The notes beneath the pieces are model-generated. The model was not told where the DNA came from. It did no database searches and saw only the letters and a list, made by a program, of their open reading frames with translations. This document shows positions 33,472-44,149 of a stretch of 64,000 nucleotides of DNA, in pieces; the stretch's first letter is position 1; each line of letters starts with the position of its first letter. Source of the DNA: Methanocaldococcus sp. 16A. GTDB taxonomy: Archaea; AGJL01; Methanococci; Methanococcales; Methanocaldococcaceae. The stretch lies in assembly GCA_049860595.1 (NCBI GenBank), contig CP187551.1. One strand, given 5' to 3'. Made by a program: the position numbers and the translations under genes.

Positions 33472-34359
33472 TTATAAACCTAACAACTTACACTTTTCGT
33501 CTATATATCTTTGAATTCTTTCAATATCCTCGTCAGTTAAGTGTCTATATCTTTTCTGCATCTTCAAATACTCTCTAACTGGCTTTCTCTTAGCTGGTTT
33601 GTATGTAATTCTAAATTCCCCATTTTCAATCTCATAAAGTGGGAAAACTCCAGTTTCAACAGCCAATCTTCCAATTTCTATTGTTTTTTCTGGAGGATAT
33701 CCCCAACCTGTTGTACAAGGCTGTAATACTTGTATGAATTTAGGCCCTTCGATACTTAAAGCTTTTTTAACCTTTCTCATGAAATCTTCAGGATATGAGA
33801 TGCAAGCAGTAGCTACATAAGGAATGCCATGAGCTGCCATTATCATTGTCATGTCTTTTTTAGGTCTATCCTCTCCTCTAATTTTTGAACCTGCTGGAGA
33901 GGTTGTTGTAGCAGCCATAAATGGAGTTGAGGAACTTCTCTGTATTCCAGTGTTCATGTAAGCTTCGTTATCGTACATAATATACAATATATCGTGCCCT
34001 CTCTCCATAGCACCACTTAATGCCTGAAAACCAATATCTGCTGTTCCACCATCTCCTCCAATAGCTATAACATTTATTTTTTTATCAGCATATTTTCCTC
34101 TCTTTCTTTTTAATGCTTTTACAGCTGCCTCAATACCACTTGCTGTTGCTGCAGCGTTTTCAAATGCTGTATGTATCCACGGAACTCTCCATGATGTTTC
34201 TGGGTAGGGTGTTGTCATAACCTCTAAACATCCAGTAGCGGTTGATATAATTGTGTTTTTTCCAGCCACTTTTAGCAGTAACCTTGCTACAATTGCAGCT
34301 CCACAACCAGCACATCCTCTATGCCCAGGGGCAAAGTATTCCTCTCTTGGAAATTGCAT
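33472..34359 (-). CDS. porB: Pyruvate:ferredoxin oxidoreductase beta subunit
   Basis: GHRGCAGC, ThDP motif GGDGG...[16 protein letters not shown]. Confidence 0.95.
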   Translation of the reverse strand: MQFPREEYFAPGHRGCAGCGAAIVARLLLKVAGKNTIISTATGCLEVMTTPYPETSWRVPWIHTAFENAAATASGIEAAVKALKRKRGKYADKKINVIAIGGDGGTADIGFQALSGAMERGHDILYIMYDNEAYMNTGIQRSSSTPFMAATTTSPAGSKIRGEDRPKKDMTMIMAAHGIPYVATACISYPEDFMRKVKKALSIEGPKFIQVLQPCTTGWGYPPEKTIEIGRLAVETGVFPLYEIENGEFRITYKPAKRKPVREYLKMQKRYRHLTDEDIERIQRYIDEKCKLLGL

Positions 34360-34404
34360 TACAATCACCTTATAAAAATTATTAAATTAAATTATTAGTA
34401 GTAT

Positions 34405-35565
34405 TTACTCTTTTAATCCAATCCAAACAGTTTCATCATCTTCTGCCTTTTCAACATGGTTAATTATTGTTTTTATATCCTCTACCTTAATATCTCTTCC
34501 ACCCAATCCAACAATGTAGTTGCAAACCTTCTTATTCTTTAAAATTGATGCCATTTCAATTCCTAAAGCTCCCTTATTAAATCCAAATGAGATATTTTTA
34601 TCTAACACAGCTATATTTTCTGCATCTTTTAAAAGTTCCTTAACGTCTTCTTTTGGGAATGGTCTATAAGTTTTTATCCTCAACAATCCAACTTCTTTTC
34701 CTTCTTTTTTAAGCTCATCAATAACATGCTTTATAGTTCCACAAACAGAACCCATTGCTACTAAAATTGTATCTGCATTATCTAAGTTGTATGCCTCAAG
34801 TAATCCATTTCCATATTTTCTCTTAAATCTTTCAGCAAACTCCTCATTAACTTCTTTAATTACTTTCTTAGCTCTCTCCATAGCTTCCTCTATTTGCTTT
34901 CTTGTTTCCATGTAGCAATCTGGAACTCCTACAGGTCCTTGAGTTATTGGCCTATCAGGGTCTAAATATGCGTGTTTTGGCTCATAAACTCCTAAGAATT
35001 CTCTAACTCTCTCTGCTTTTGGAATTGTTACTGGCTCTACTGTATGCGTTAATATAAATCCATCTAAACAAACCATAACTGGCAATAAAACATCTTCATT
35101 CTCAGCTATTTTGTAAGCTTGAATAATGCTATCGAGTGTTTCTTGGTTATCTTCAACATATATCTGAATCCATCCACTATCTCTCTCTGCTATTGAATCT
35201 TGGTGGTCGTTCCATATATTTATAGGAGCTGATAAAGCTCTGTTAGCAACCATCATAACTATTGGTAATCTCATTCCAGAGGCTATAAATAACATTTCAT
35301 GCATCAAAGCTAAACCCTGTGAAGCTGTTGCTGTAAATGTCCTTGCTCCAGTTGCAGCAGCTCCAATACAGGCAGACATTGCTGAGTGCTCGCTCTCTAC
35401 TTTTATATATTCAGCATCCAACTCTCCATTAGCTACAAACTCAGCTAACTTCTCAACACATGTTGTCTGAGGAGTTATTGGATAAGCAGCTATAACATCA
35501 ACATCAGCTAATTTAGCCGCTTCAGCAGCTGCTGAAGTCCCTGTAATAACTTTAACTTCACACAT
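34405..35565 (-). CDS. porA: Pyruvate:ferredoxin oxidoreductase alpha subunit
   Basis: AYPITPQT, ESEHSAM and TASQGL motifs. Confidence 0.95.
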   Translation of the reverse strand: MCEVKVITGTSAAAEAAKLADVDVIAAYPITPQTTCVEKLAEFVANGELDAEYIKVESEHSAMSACIGAAATGARTFTATASQGLALMHEMLFIASGMRLPIVMMVANRALSAPINIWNDHQDSIAERDSGWIQIYVEDNQETLDSIIQAYKIAENEDVLLPVMVCLDGFILTHTVEPVTIPKAERVREFLGVYEPKHAYLDPDRPITQGPVGVPDCYMETRKQIEEAMERAKKVIKEVNEEFAERFKRKYGNGLLEAYNLDNADTILVAMGSVCGTIKHVIDELKKEGKEVGLLRIKTYRPFPKEDVKELLKDAENIAVLDKNISFGFNKGALGIEMASILKNKKVCNYIVGLGGRDIKVEDIKTIINHVEKAEDDETVWIGLKE

Positions 35566-35589
35566 CTTTTCCACCTTTAATTATTTAAT

Positions 35590-35850
35590 TTATTTCTCTT
35601 CTCTAACCTTTGTTATTGCATTTACAGGACATTCATTCATACAAATTAAACATCCTTTACAGTAATCATAGTCTATTTTAAAGTTTCCATTTTCATCTTC
35701 TTGAATAGCTCCTTCAGGGCAGAATATATAACAATTTTCACACTTTACACATTTTTCGTTGTCTAAAATTGGTCTAAAAGTTCTCCAGCCCCCAGTCTTG
35801 TTTTTAATTGAATTTCCAGCCTCATATATAATAGCTGCAATTGTAACCAT
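35590..35850 (-). CDS. porD: Pyruvate:ferredoxin oxidoreductase delta subunit
   Basis: KTGGWRTFRP and two ferredoxin motifs (YCKGC). Confidence 0.95.
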   Translation of the reverse strand: MVTIAAIIYEAGNSIKNKTGGWRTFRPILDNEKCVKCENCYIFCPEGAIQEDENGNFKIDYDYCKGCLICMNECPVNAITKVREEK

Positions 35851-35868
35851 TCAATCCACCTCAATAGT

Positions 35869-36405
35869 TTATCCATATTTTTTTAACATCTCATTGTAAG
35901 CTACTTCAGCAGCTTTGGCATTCTTCTCTCCCAATTTTCCTTTGAATGTGTCTAATATAGCTTTTTTAACTGATTCTAATGTAACTAATTTTGTAGCTCC
36001 AGCAAATGCTCCGACCATTGCAGTATTTACTATAGGAATTCCTAAAACATCTAAAGCTATTCCTGTAGCATCAATTGTATATGTTTTAAATCCTAAATCT
36101 AAATCATCTTTAACGGTGTTAATTACAACAGCACCATTTTCCTTTAACCCCTCAACAACATTAACACTTTCAAGCAGTGTAGCATCTTGAACTACAACAT
36201 AATCTGGGTTGTAGATTTGACTTCTCAATCTGATTTTTTTATCATCTATTCTTGTAAATGCCATAACTGGAGCTCCTCTTCTCTCAACACCAAAGAATGG
36301 AAATGCTTGGCAATATTTTCCATCATAAAAAGCAGCTTTAGCTAATATTTGAGCGGCAGTAACAGCACCTTGCCCTCCTCTTCCGTGAAATCTAATTTCT
36401 ATCAT
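35869..36405 (-). CDS. porG: Pyruvate:ferredoxin oxidoreductase gamma subunit
   Basis: [11 protein letters not shown] and FGVERRGAP motifs. Confidence 0.95.
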
Positions 36406-36454
36406 ACGCTCACCCTAAATTGTCATTATCAATCATTAACAATTGCAAAGGTAC

Positions 36455-36469
36455 TATATAAAGTTTTGG
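36455..36469 (-). promoter_or_regulatory. Probable BRE-TATA promoter of the por operon
   Basis: Minus strand reads CCAAAAC-TTTATATA about 50 bp upstream of the porG start. Confidence 0.55.
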
Positions 36470-36581
36470 AGATTAAGTTAATTGACGAAAATGATTTAGA
36501 CATAGATAAAAATTTTATATGGAAATTTTTATATACTGAAATGTTAAATAAACTTGACATAATATAAATGAGGTGAATGCT

Positions 36582-37139
36582 ATGAATAAAATTATTCTTG
36601 GATTTTTTGTAGGGTTTTTAGTAACGGCATCAACAATTTTACTTGTATTTTTGAATTTAGGGGAAGTAGCAAATTTATTAATATTTTTAATAATATTTGG
36701 AGTATTTATCTACACTGCTAAAAAGAATCATCCGTTATTTGGAGATAAAGGAGAGCAATTAATGATTCTTTTAGTGGGAGCATTATGTGGATTATTTTGG
36801 TTTTTTGAAGTTTATTTATCTTTTAAATTCAAAAATTTTATGTCATTTGGTGTATATATTATATTATTCTCAGCAATTGTTGAGATGATAGTTAAAAAAT
36901 CAAAAAAGATTAGAATAGATGAAGAGCTTATTGATGAATTAAAAATAACTATTTCAGAAAAAAGTGCATTTAAGGCAATGTTTTCATTTATAATTTCATA
37001 TGTAGTGCTTTGGTATCTATCAATCTCTTCTGGATTAAATTTAAAAATTTCTATTTCTAATGTGTCTTTTTTACCACTAATGCTTTTAATCTCACAGTTT
37101 ATAATTTTTAAGGTATATTATACTTTAAAATTTAGTTAG
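36582..37139 (+). CDS. Membrane protein, DUF2178-like
   Basis: Several TM helices and DEL...ISEKSA motif; sits upstream of an XRE regulator, a common pairing. Confidence 0.6.
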   Translation: MNKIILGFFVGFLVTASTILLVFLNLGEVANLLIFLIIFGVFIYTAKKNHPLFGDKGEQLMILLVGALCGLFWFFEVYLSFKFKNFMSFGVYIILFSAIVEMIVKKSKKIRIDEELIDELKITISEKSAFKAMFSFIISYVVLWYLSISSGLNLKISISNVSFLPLMLLISQFIIFKVYYTLKFS

Positions 37140-37273
37140 GTGGTTCTATAAATTTACTAAAATAAAACCTATTTTAGCTATCGATATTTTAGCAGTTAAT
37201 TATTTACTCTATTAAAAATCTGAGGATGGTATTATATTCTCTATTTATACTTAAAAGTTCTTATAGTGAAAAA

Positions 37274-37474
37274 ATGAAAAATAAACTAAAATATTTCAGA
37301 GCTTTACATAATCTAACTCAAGAAGATTTAGCAAAAAAATTGGGGGTTAGTAGGCAAACAATTATAGCTATAGAAAAAGGAAAGTACTGTCCATCGCTAA
37401 AATTGGCATTTAAAATAGCAAAATTTTTTGGAGTTAAGATTGAAGATATATTTATTTATGATGAAGATGAATGA
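37274..37474 (+). CDS. XRE/Cro-family HTH transcriptional regulator
   Basis: LTQEDLAKKLGVSRQTIIAIEKGKY.PSLKLA. Confidence 0.9.
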   Translation: MKNKLKYFRALHNLTQEDLAKKLGVSRQTIIAIEKGKYCPSLKLAFKIAKFFGVKIEDIFIYDEDE

Positions 37475-37557
37475 TTGATAGTATATTTAAGAAATTAATA
37501 AGCATTAGAATTTTATAAATCCAAATTACAATCTAATTTGTCTAAGAAAATATTTTA

Positions 37558-37866
37558 ATGGTGAGAAAAGTGATTAAAGAAGTAACTGAGGAAAAATTAG
37601 AAAATTACTTTAAAAGAACTGAGGAAGCTATAAAAATCATTAAAAAAGGTTTGCCACCAAAGAGGAGTTTATTGTATGATGTAGCTAAAGATTTTTTATT
37701 GATGATAGAGAGTTATTTTGAAGATGCTAAAGCATTTAAAGAGAGAGGAGACTATGTAACTGCATTTGCCTCATTAAATTATGCCTATGGCTGGATTGAT
37801 GCAGGTGTTAGATTAGGAATTTTTGATGTTGGAGATGATGATGTAAGATTTACACTTGCTAAATAA
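37558..37866 (+). CDS. DUF357 family protein
   Basis: Y.EDAKAF...[20 protein letters not shown]. Confidence 0.85.
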   Translation: MVRKVIKEVTEEKLENYFKRTEEAIKIIKKGLPPKRSLLYDVAKDFLLMIESYFEDAKAFKERGDYVTAFASLNYAYGWIDAGVRLGIFDVGDDDVRFTLAK

Positions 37867-37924
37867 AATTTTTATATCTAATCAACTTACTATGAAATGG
37901 ATAAAATGTTGATTTGGTGAGAGT

Positions 37925-39181
37925 ATGGAAAGTTACATACAAAACTTATTTGCTGAGAGAATTGGTGGAAAAAAGTTTGGAAAAGAAGATGTAATTTACA
38001 AGTTTGAAAAGATAAAGAGAGCTAAGCAAGAAGCTATGAAAAGACATCCAGACATGGAATTAATAGACATGGGGGTTGGGGAGCCAGATGAAATGGCAGA
38101 CCCAGAAGTTATAAGAGTTTTGTGTGAAGAAGCTAAAAAATGGGAAAATAGAGGATATGCAGATAACGGAATTCAGGAGTTAAAAGATGCCGTACCTCCT
38201 TACATGGAAAAAGTTTATGGTGTTAAAGATATAGACCCAGTTAATGAGGTTATACACTCAATGGGTTCAAAGCCAGCATTGGCATATATAACCTCAGCAT
38301 TTATAAATCCTGGAGATGTTTGTTTAATGACAGTTCCTGGCTATCCAGTTACAGCAACACACACAAAATGGTATGGGGGGGAAGTTTATAATTTACCTTT
38401 ATTAGAGGAAAACAACTTTTTACCAGATTTAGAGAGCATTCCAGAGGATATTAAGAAGAGAGCAAAAATACTCTATCTCAATTATCCAAACAACCCAACA
38501 GGAGCTCAGGCAACAAAAAAGTTTTACAAAGAAGTTGTAGATTTTGCATTTGAAAATGAGGTTATTGTTGTTCAAGATGCTGCTTATGGAGCTTTGGTTT
38601 ATGATGGAAAGCCTCTCTCATTTTTATCAGTTAAAGATGCAAAAGAGGTTGGAGTTGAAATCCACAGCTTCTCAAAGGCATTTAACATGACTGGTTGGAG
38701 ATTAGCATTTTTAGTAGGAAATGAGCTTATAATTAAAGCGTTTGCAACTGTAAAGGATAACTTTGATAGCGGGCAATTTATTCCAATCCAAAAAGCTGGA
38801 ATATACTGTTTGCAACATCCAGAAATTACTGAAAGAATCAGACAGAAATATGAGAGAAGGTTAAGAAAGATGGTTAAGATATTAAATGAAGTTGGATTCA
38901 AAGCAAGAATGCCTGGAGGAACATTCTATTTATATGTTAAATCACCAAGAAGAGCTAATGGCATTGAATTTGAAACTGCAGAAGATTTCTCACAATATTT
39001 AATTAAAGAGAAGCTTATTTCAACAGTTCCATGGGATGATGCTGGACATTATTTAAGATTAGCTGCTTGCTTTGTAGCAAGAGATGAAAATGGAAATCCT
39101 ACAACAGAAGAAAAGTATGAAGATATAGTTTTAGAAGAATTTAAGAGAAGATTAGAAGATTTAGATTTGGAGTTTGAATAA
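37925..39181 (+). CDS. dapL: LL-diaminopimelate aminotransferase
   Basis: PLP class I motifs NYPNNPTG, DAAY and SFSKAFNMTGWR; family N-terminus YKFEKIKRAK. Confidence 0.85.
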   Translation: MESYIQNLFAERIGGKKFGKEDVIYKFEKIKRAKQEAMKRHPDMELIDMGVGEPDEMADPEVIRVLCEEAKKWENRGYADNGIQELKDAVPPYMEKVYGVKDIDPVNEVIHSMGSKPALAYITSAFINPGDVCLMTVPGYPVTATHTKWYGGEVYNLPLLEENNFLPDLESIPEDIKKRAKILYLNYPNNPTGAQATKKFYKEVVDFAFENEVIVVQDAAYGALVYDGKPLSFLSVKDAKEVGVEIHSFSKAFNMTGWRLAFLVGNELIIKAFATVKDNFDSGQFIPIQKAGIYCLQHPEITERIRQKYERRLRKMVKILNEVGFKARMPGGTFYLYVKSPRRANGIEFETAEDFSQYLIKEKLISTVPWDDAGHYLRLAACFVARDENGNPTTEEKYEDIVLEEFKRRLEDLDLEFE

Positions 39182-39270
39182 GTTTTTATATTTTTTCTTA
39201 GAGTTATTTTTTAATTTATTTTATTTAAGTAAGACTTTTTATAATTGAATATAATTTGTGAATATCCCAT

Positions 39271-40518
39271 TTAAGTTCCCTCTCTCCAATCTTCTAAATA
39301 TCTTTTCTGCTCTTCAGTTAATTCATCTATCTCAATTCCCATAGATTTTAGCTTTAGAGAGGCAATCATCAAATCTTGCTCATAAGGAATGTTATAAACT
39401 CTTGGCTCTAATTTATCATGGTTCTTTAAAATATATTCAGCCCCTAAAGCTTGGTTTGCAAAGCTCATATCCATAACTTCACATGGATGTCCATCTGCAC
39501 ATGCTAAATTAACCAATCTTCCTTCTCCTAATAGGTATATTTTCTTATCTCCTAAATCATATTCAGTTACACAATTTCTAACTTCTTTTATTGATTTAGC
39601 TAACTCCTCTAAGTGCTTTTTATTAATTTCATTGTCAAAGTGTCCAGCATTTGCTAAGATGGCTCCATTTTTCATCTTTAATATGTGTTCTTTTCTAATA
39701 ACATCTTTACATCCAGTTGTTGTTATAAATATATCTCCAATCTCTGCAGCTTTTTCCATTTTCATGACTCTAAATCCATCCATTCTTGCCTCTAAAGCTC
39801 TAATAGGGTTTATTTCAGTAACAACAACTTCAGCTCCTAATCCCTTGGCTCTCATTGCTACTCCTCTACCACACCATCCATAACCTGCAACTACAACTGT
39901 TTTTCCAGCAATTAATAAGTTTGTAGCTCTCAAAATCCCATCTAAGGCACTCTGTCCAGTACCATATCTGTTGTCAAATAGATGTTTTGTGTATGCATCA
40001 TTTACATCCATAACTGGGAATTTTAAAGCTCCTTCTTTCTCCATTGCTTTAAGCCTTATAATTCCAGTTGTTGTTTCCTCACAACCTCCCAAAATTTTAT
40101 CTAAAAGCTCTGTTCTCTTTGTATGCAACAAAAATATTAAATCGCAACCATCATCTATAATAATATCTGGCTTATGGTCTAAGACTTTGTTTAAATTAGC
40201 GTAGTATTCTTCAACAGTCTCTCCTCTCCATGCATAGACGTGCATACCTTTCTTAGCACATGCTGCAGCAACATCATCTTGAGTAGAAAGAGGATTACAA
40301 CCAGTTATAGCAATTTCTGCTCCTCCCTTCATTAAAGTTTCTGCTAAAACAGCTGTCTTTGCCTCTAAATGCAAAGCCATTCCTATTGTTATTCCTTCAA
40401 ATGGTTTTTCTTCTTTAAATCTCTCTCTAATTAAACCTAAAACAGGCATGTGTTGTTTTGCCCATTGGATTTTTCTCTCTCCTTCTTTCCAAAGGTTTAT
40501 ATCCCTAACTTCATACAT
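39271..40518 (-). CDS. ahcY: S-adenosyl/S-inosyl-homocysteine hydrolase
   Basis: [31 protein letters not shown] and GRLVNL motifs. Confidence 0.95.
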   Translation of the reverse strand: MYEVRDINLWKEGERKIQWAKQHMPVLGLIRERFKEEKPFEGITIGMALHLEAKTAVLAETLMKGGAEIAITGCNPLSTQDDVAAACAKKGMHVYAWRGETVEEYYANLNKVLDHKPDIIIDDGCDLIFLLHTKRTELLDKILGGCEETTTGIIRLKAMEKEGALKFPVMDVNDAYTKHLFDNRYGTGQSALDGILRATNLLIAGKTVVVAGYGWCGRGVAMRAKGLGAEVVVTEINPIRALEARMDGFRVMKMEKAAEIGDIFITTTGCKDVIRKEHILKMKNGAILANAGHFDNEINKKHLEELAKSIKEVRNCVTEYDLGDKKIYLLGEGRLVNLACADGHPCEVMDMSFANQALGAEYILKNHDKLEPRVYNIPYEQDLMIASLKLKSMGIEIDELTEEQKRYLEDWREGT

Positions 40519-40879
40519 ACATTTCACCTAAAAATTATTTTTAAAAATTAGTAGAATAGCAATGATATATAAATTACTATTTGTATATTTTTTCATAATT
40601 TGTTAATTTTGAATATGTAAATTTATATTTCATTATCTTATTATATCATATTCTCTTGGTTTTAAACTTGAAATATAGTAAAACTTCCATAGAAATGAAT
40701 ATGTGTTATCCTTCAACATAATTATCAATACAACAAAATTAAGGTGTGTGGTAAAAGAAAATTTGTTCTAATTACTGCCATCATTTTCTAATAAAATCTG
40801 GATGTGGGAGATAAATATGGTTTTATAAACTTAAAGAAAAAACTATAAAAAATAAGAAACAAAAAAGGCAGGGATATAT

Positions 40880-42922
40880 ATGGAAAGTAAAAATGATTTC
40901 ATGATAAACATATTTAAGATTGACACTAAAAATATAAACTTGCCTAAAAAAGCATATTTATACAAAATAAACATTGAAGAAAATCTTGGTGAACAAAAAC
41001 TACAAGAAATCTACAAGACTTTAGCTAATACTTATGGGCATGTTGATGAGAATAATATACTCTATTCTTATAGAAGAGTAAAATACCTCCCACCAAACAT
41101 TAAAAATGTAACACTCATTACCCATGATACTTTAAACTTAGATGAATTACCTAACGAAATTTCAAGAGAAGTTTTAAGAGTATATTTCAAAAATGTTTTA
41201 AAAAAAGATGTTAGAACAATATTACGAAACCTTGAAGAGAAGTATTTACCAAAAAATACTGTAGGTAATTGGAATATATATTAAGAGAATATCCTATGGT
41301 TAAAAGAGGTATTTTATATGAAACTCTAAAAGATAAGGGAAAAATAGAAGAGTTTGATGATAACCAACCAGTAATTGCTGGAAAAAAGTCTAAAATCTAT
41401 ACTGATGTTCTATATTTCCTACCACAATATTGTTACCCGGCATACCACCCATACTTGGTAAAAAATTATGAATTGGCTGGAATTAACAATATAAAAAAAA
41501 ATAGTAAGTTATAACAAACCATTTATATTACAAGATGTGTGTAAAATGTTAGACTATTTAGAATTCTCAGAAGATTATCAAATAATCCCACTAAGAGAAC
41601 CGAAACTCAAGGCTATGTTCATACAAAACAATACTATAACAACAAAAACTGTCTCATCAACTGCAAAATTATTTGGAAACATTACACAATTAGCAAAAGG
41701 AATATATCCTAACTCTCTACCATGCCCACTCAAAATTCCAGATTATTTAAAAAACGCTGAAAAAATAATAGTATTCATATTAGTCCTCGATAACCTTACA
41801 CAACAAGAAAAAGAAAACTTTGTGAAAATTCTCAAAACTGCCTTTGGAATATATAATAACATGAGAGATGTGTGGATAGAATTTAAAATTCCCATGCCAT
41901 ATTTTGATTTTCGTAAAAAGATAATCTATTTTGAAAACTCAAAAAAAGGAATTTCAGAAGCTATAAAAAAGATAAACAACATTTGTAAAAATCACAATAT
42001 AGATTTCAATACTGTAAAATTTGCATTCATATTTGGAAAACGCAGTAATAATGATTTTGATTATTATCAGCCTTTAAAAAAAGCATTATTTGATAACCAT
42101 ATACTAAGTCAAAATATCTTAGTTGATGATACTAAATCTCTCTATGCATACTCAAATATTATTTACGACATGCTCACTAAATTAGGTTATAAGTTTCTTG
42201 CCCTCGAAAAAGAGTTACCTTATGATTACATTTTAGGAGTGGATGTAGGTTACAGTGAGGCATATACAGGAAGAGTTGCTTGTTGCACTGCTATATTTGA
42301 TAGTAATGGACTACTAAAAAATCTCATTCCTATAAGCATAGAGAATTTCCCAAACTCTGAAAGTGCGAGAATAGGAGAACTATTAAGAAGAATTGATGAT
42401 AGTCTAATATATAATGATATTAATTTTAGCAATTCAAGAATATTATTACTTAGAGATGGGTATTTACAAAGAAGAGAAATAAAAGAACTAGAAGAGTTTT
42501 CAAAAGAGAGGGATTGTGAAATTACATACATTGGAGTTAAGAAAAATATACCATTCCAATTATTTGTCAGCCAAGAGGAAAATAACAATAAGAGAAAATT
42601 CATTTATTACCCATTGTGTGTTCGTTTAGGAGATATATATTTACTCTGTGCTCATAAGACAACCTATGGTTATCCACGATTTATAAAAATTCATGAAAAA
42701 TATGAGATAAAAAATGGTATTGGAAAAAAAACACCAATAAGTGAAAAGGATATTAATATAATATATCAACTAACCGCATTAAACCACTCTTCAGTAGGTA
42801 ATCCAAGCAATCTAAGATTACCATGTCCAATATATTATTCAGATATGTTAGCTAAAGCCCTAAAAAAAGGTTGGAAATTGAGAGAAGAATTATTAAAAGA
42901 GGGTGTATTGTATTTTATTTAA
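40880..42922 (+). pseudogene. ago: Prokaryotic Argonaute split into three frames (40880-41284 N domain; 41269-41514 PAZ remnant; 41537-42922 L2-MID-PIWI)
   Basis: MID Y.PLK...SQNI and LTKLG; PIWI ILGVDVG, NSESA, LLRDG, RLPCPIYYSD (DEDD); C-terminal LYFI; PAZ-end DNQPVI...YFLPQYC. Confidence 0.88.
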
Positions 42923-43413
42923 AAAATCCTCTTTAATATATGATTAACATTAAACACCAATAACATTATAGTATATAAAAAAATAAGAAGGTAACTTTGG
43001 CAGTTATGGGATATAAATGTGGAATTGTGGGGATTTGTGGTGATAATGTGAAGTTCATAGTTAAATATATCCTTCTCTATTTTCCCCTTTAATATCTTTA
43101 TCATAAGTTCTATATTTTTCATATATTTACACATATTATTAATTATTATCTTAACATCCTCTGCAATAATTTAAATAATAAAAGCTTTTTTCCTAAAAAA
43201 ACCAAATTATTTATCGAGAAAATCTTAATTTAAAAATAATTATCTAAAATCTTATAAAAATTTTACTAATTTAATGTATCCAAATAAACAAAATATTAAA
43301 AATAAGCTACCCATAAAAATTATCTAAAAATCCTTAAATCTAAAAAATAACCATTTAAAAAGATTTAAATTAAAAATAAAAAATTTTCAGCGTGATAACA
43401 AAAATTTAAAAAA

Positions 43414-44148
43414 TTAATAAACATCAAATAACTCTCCTAATGTTATTTTTTTATCTGTCTTAACTAACTCTGGAATTTTTCCTTTAATACCAACTTTATC
43501 TCTAACAACAACAAAAACTCCATCTATCTTTTCTATTTCATCTGCCTTTTCTAATGCGTTGTTTATCATCTCTTCCTCATCTCTTCCTCTTGAAGCGTTA
43601 CATATTGATGTTGCTGCTGCATCTGCTATAGCAGAGCTTTTAGCAAAAACAGTAACTGCATCAGCCTCTCCAAAACTTATTGAATGCCCTACTGTTGCTG
43701 ATGAAGTACAAACACCATAAATATTTTTAATTTTCTCCTTCTTTAATTTAAATCCAACTTCTCCAGTAATTTTAGAGTTTCCAGCATATAAGCCAACAAC
43801 AACATCTTTTTTAGCCCTCAGGCATATATCTCCACCATTTTCAGCAATGATGTTTTTTGCCCCAATATTTTTAATTAGCATCTCCGCTATAGCTCCAGCA
43901 ACACTCGCCATAGGTCCTACATTAGCAATTTCTCCAGCCATAGCCATTAACTTTACAATTTCTGGAGAATCTGCATCTATAGAAATTGGATAGTAAGATG
44001 TTAAGAAATAAGGATTTTTTAATATATATCTCTCCAATTCTAATCTATTTTTTAAGATAATTTCTTCTGCTTTCTTGAAATACCTCTTATCATCTACCTT
44101 TAAAAGTATATTCGTTTCTTTTATTATGATTCTTTTTTTAAACCACAT
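43414..44148 (-). CDS. UPF0280 / ApbE-like protein
   Basis: GPMASVAGAIA, ENGGDI and CTSSATVGHSISFG motifs. Confidence 0.88.
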   Translation of the reverse strand: MWFKKRIIIKETNILLKVDDKRYFKKAEEIILKNRLELERYILKNPYFLTSYYPISIDADSPEIVKLMAMAGEIANVGPMASVAGAIAEMLIKNIGAKNIIAENGGDICLRAKKDVVVGLYAGNSKITGEVGFKLKKEKIKNIYGVCTSSATVGHSISFGEADAVTVFAKSSAIADAAATSICNASRGRDEEEMINNALEKADEIEKIDGVFVVVRDKVGIKGKIPELVKTDKKITLGELFDVY

Positions 44149-44149
44149 G

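Noticed and set aside
42919-43134. 71-aa ORF convergent with the Argonaute as a possible partner
   Set aside because: No motif or SD, atypical composition and opposite strand; cannot be supported.
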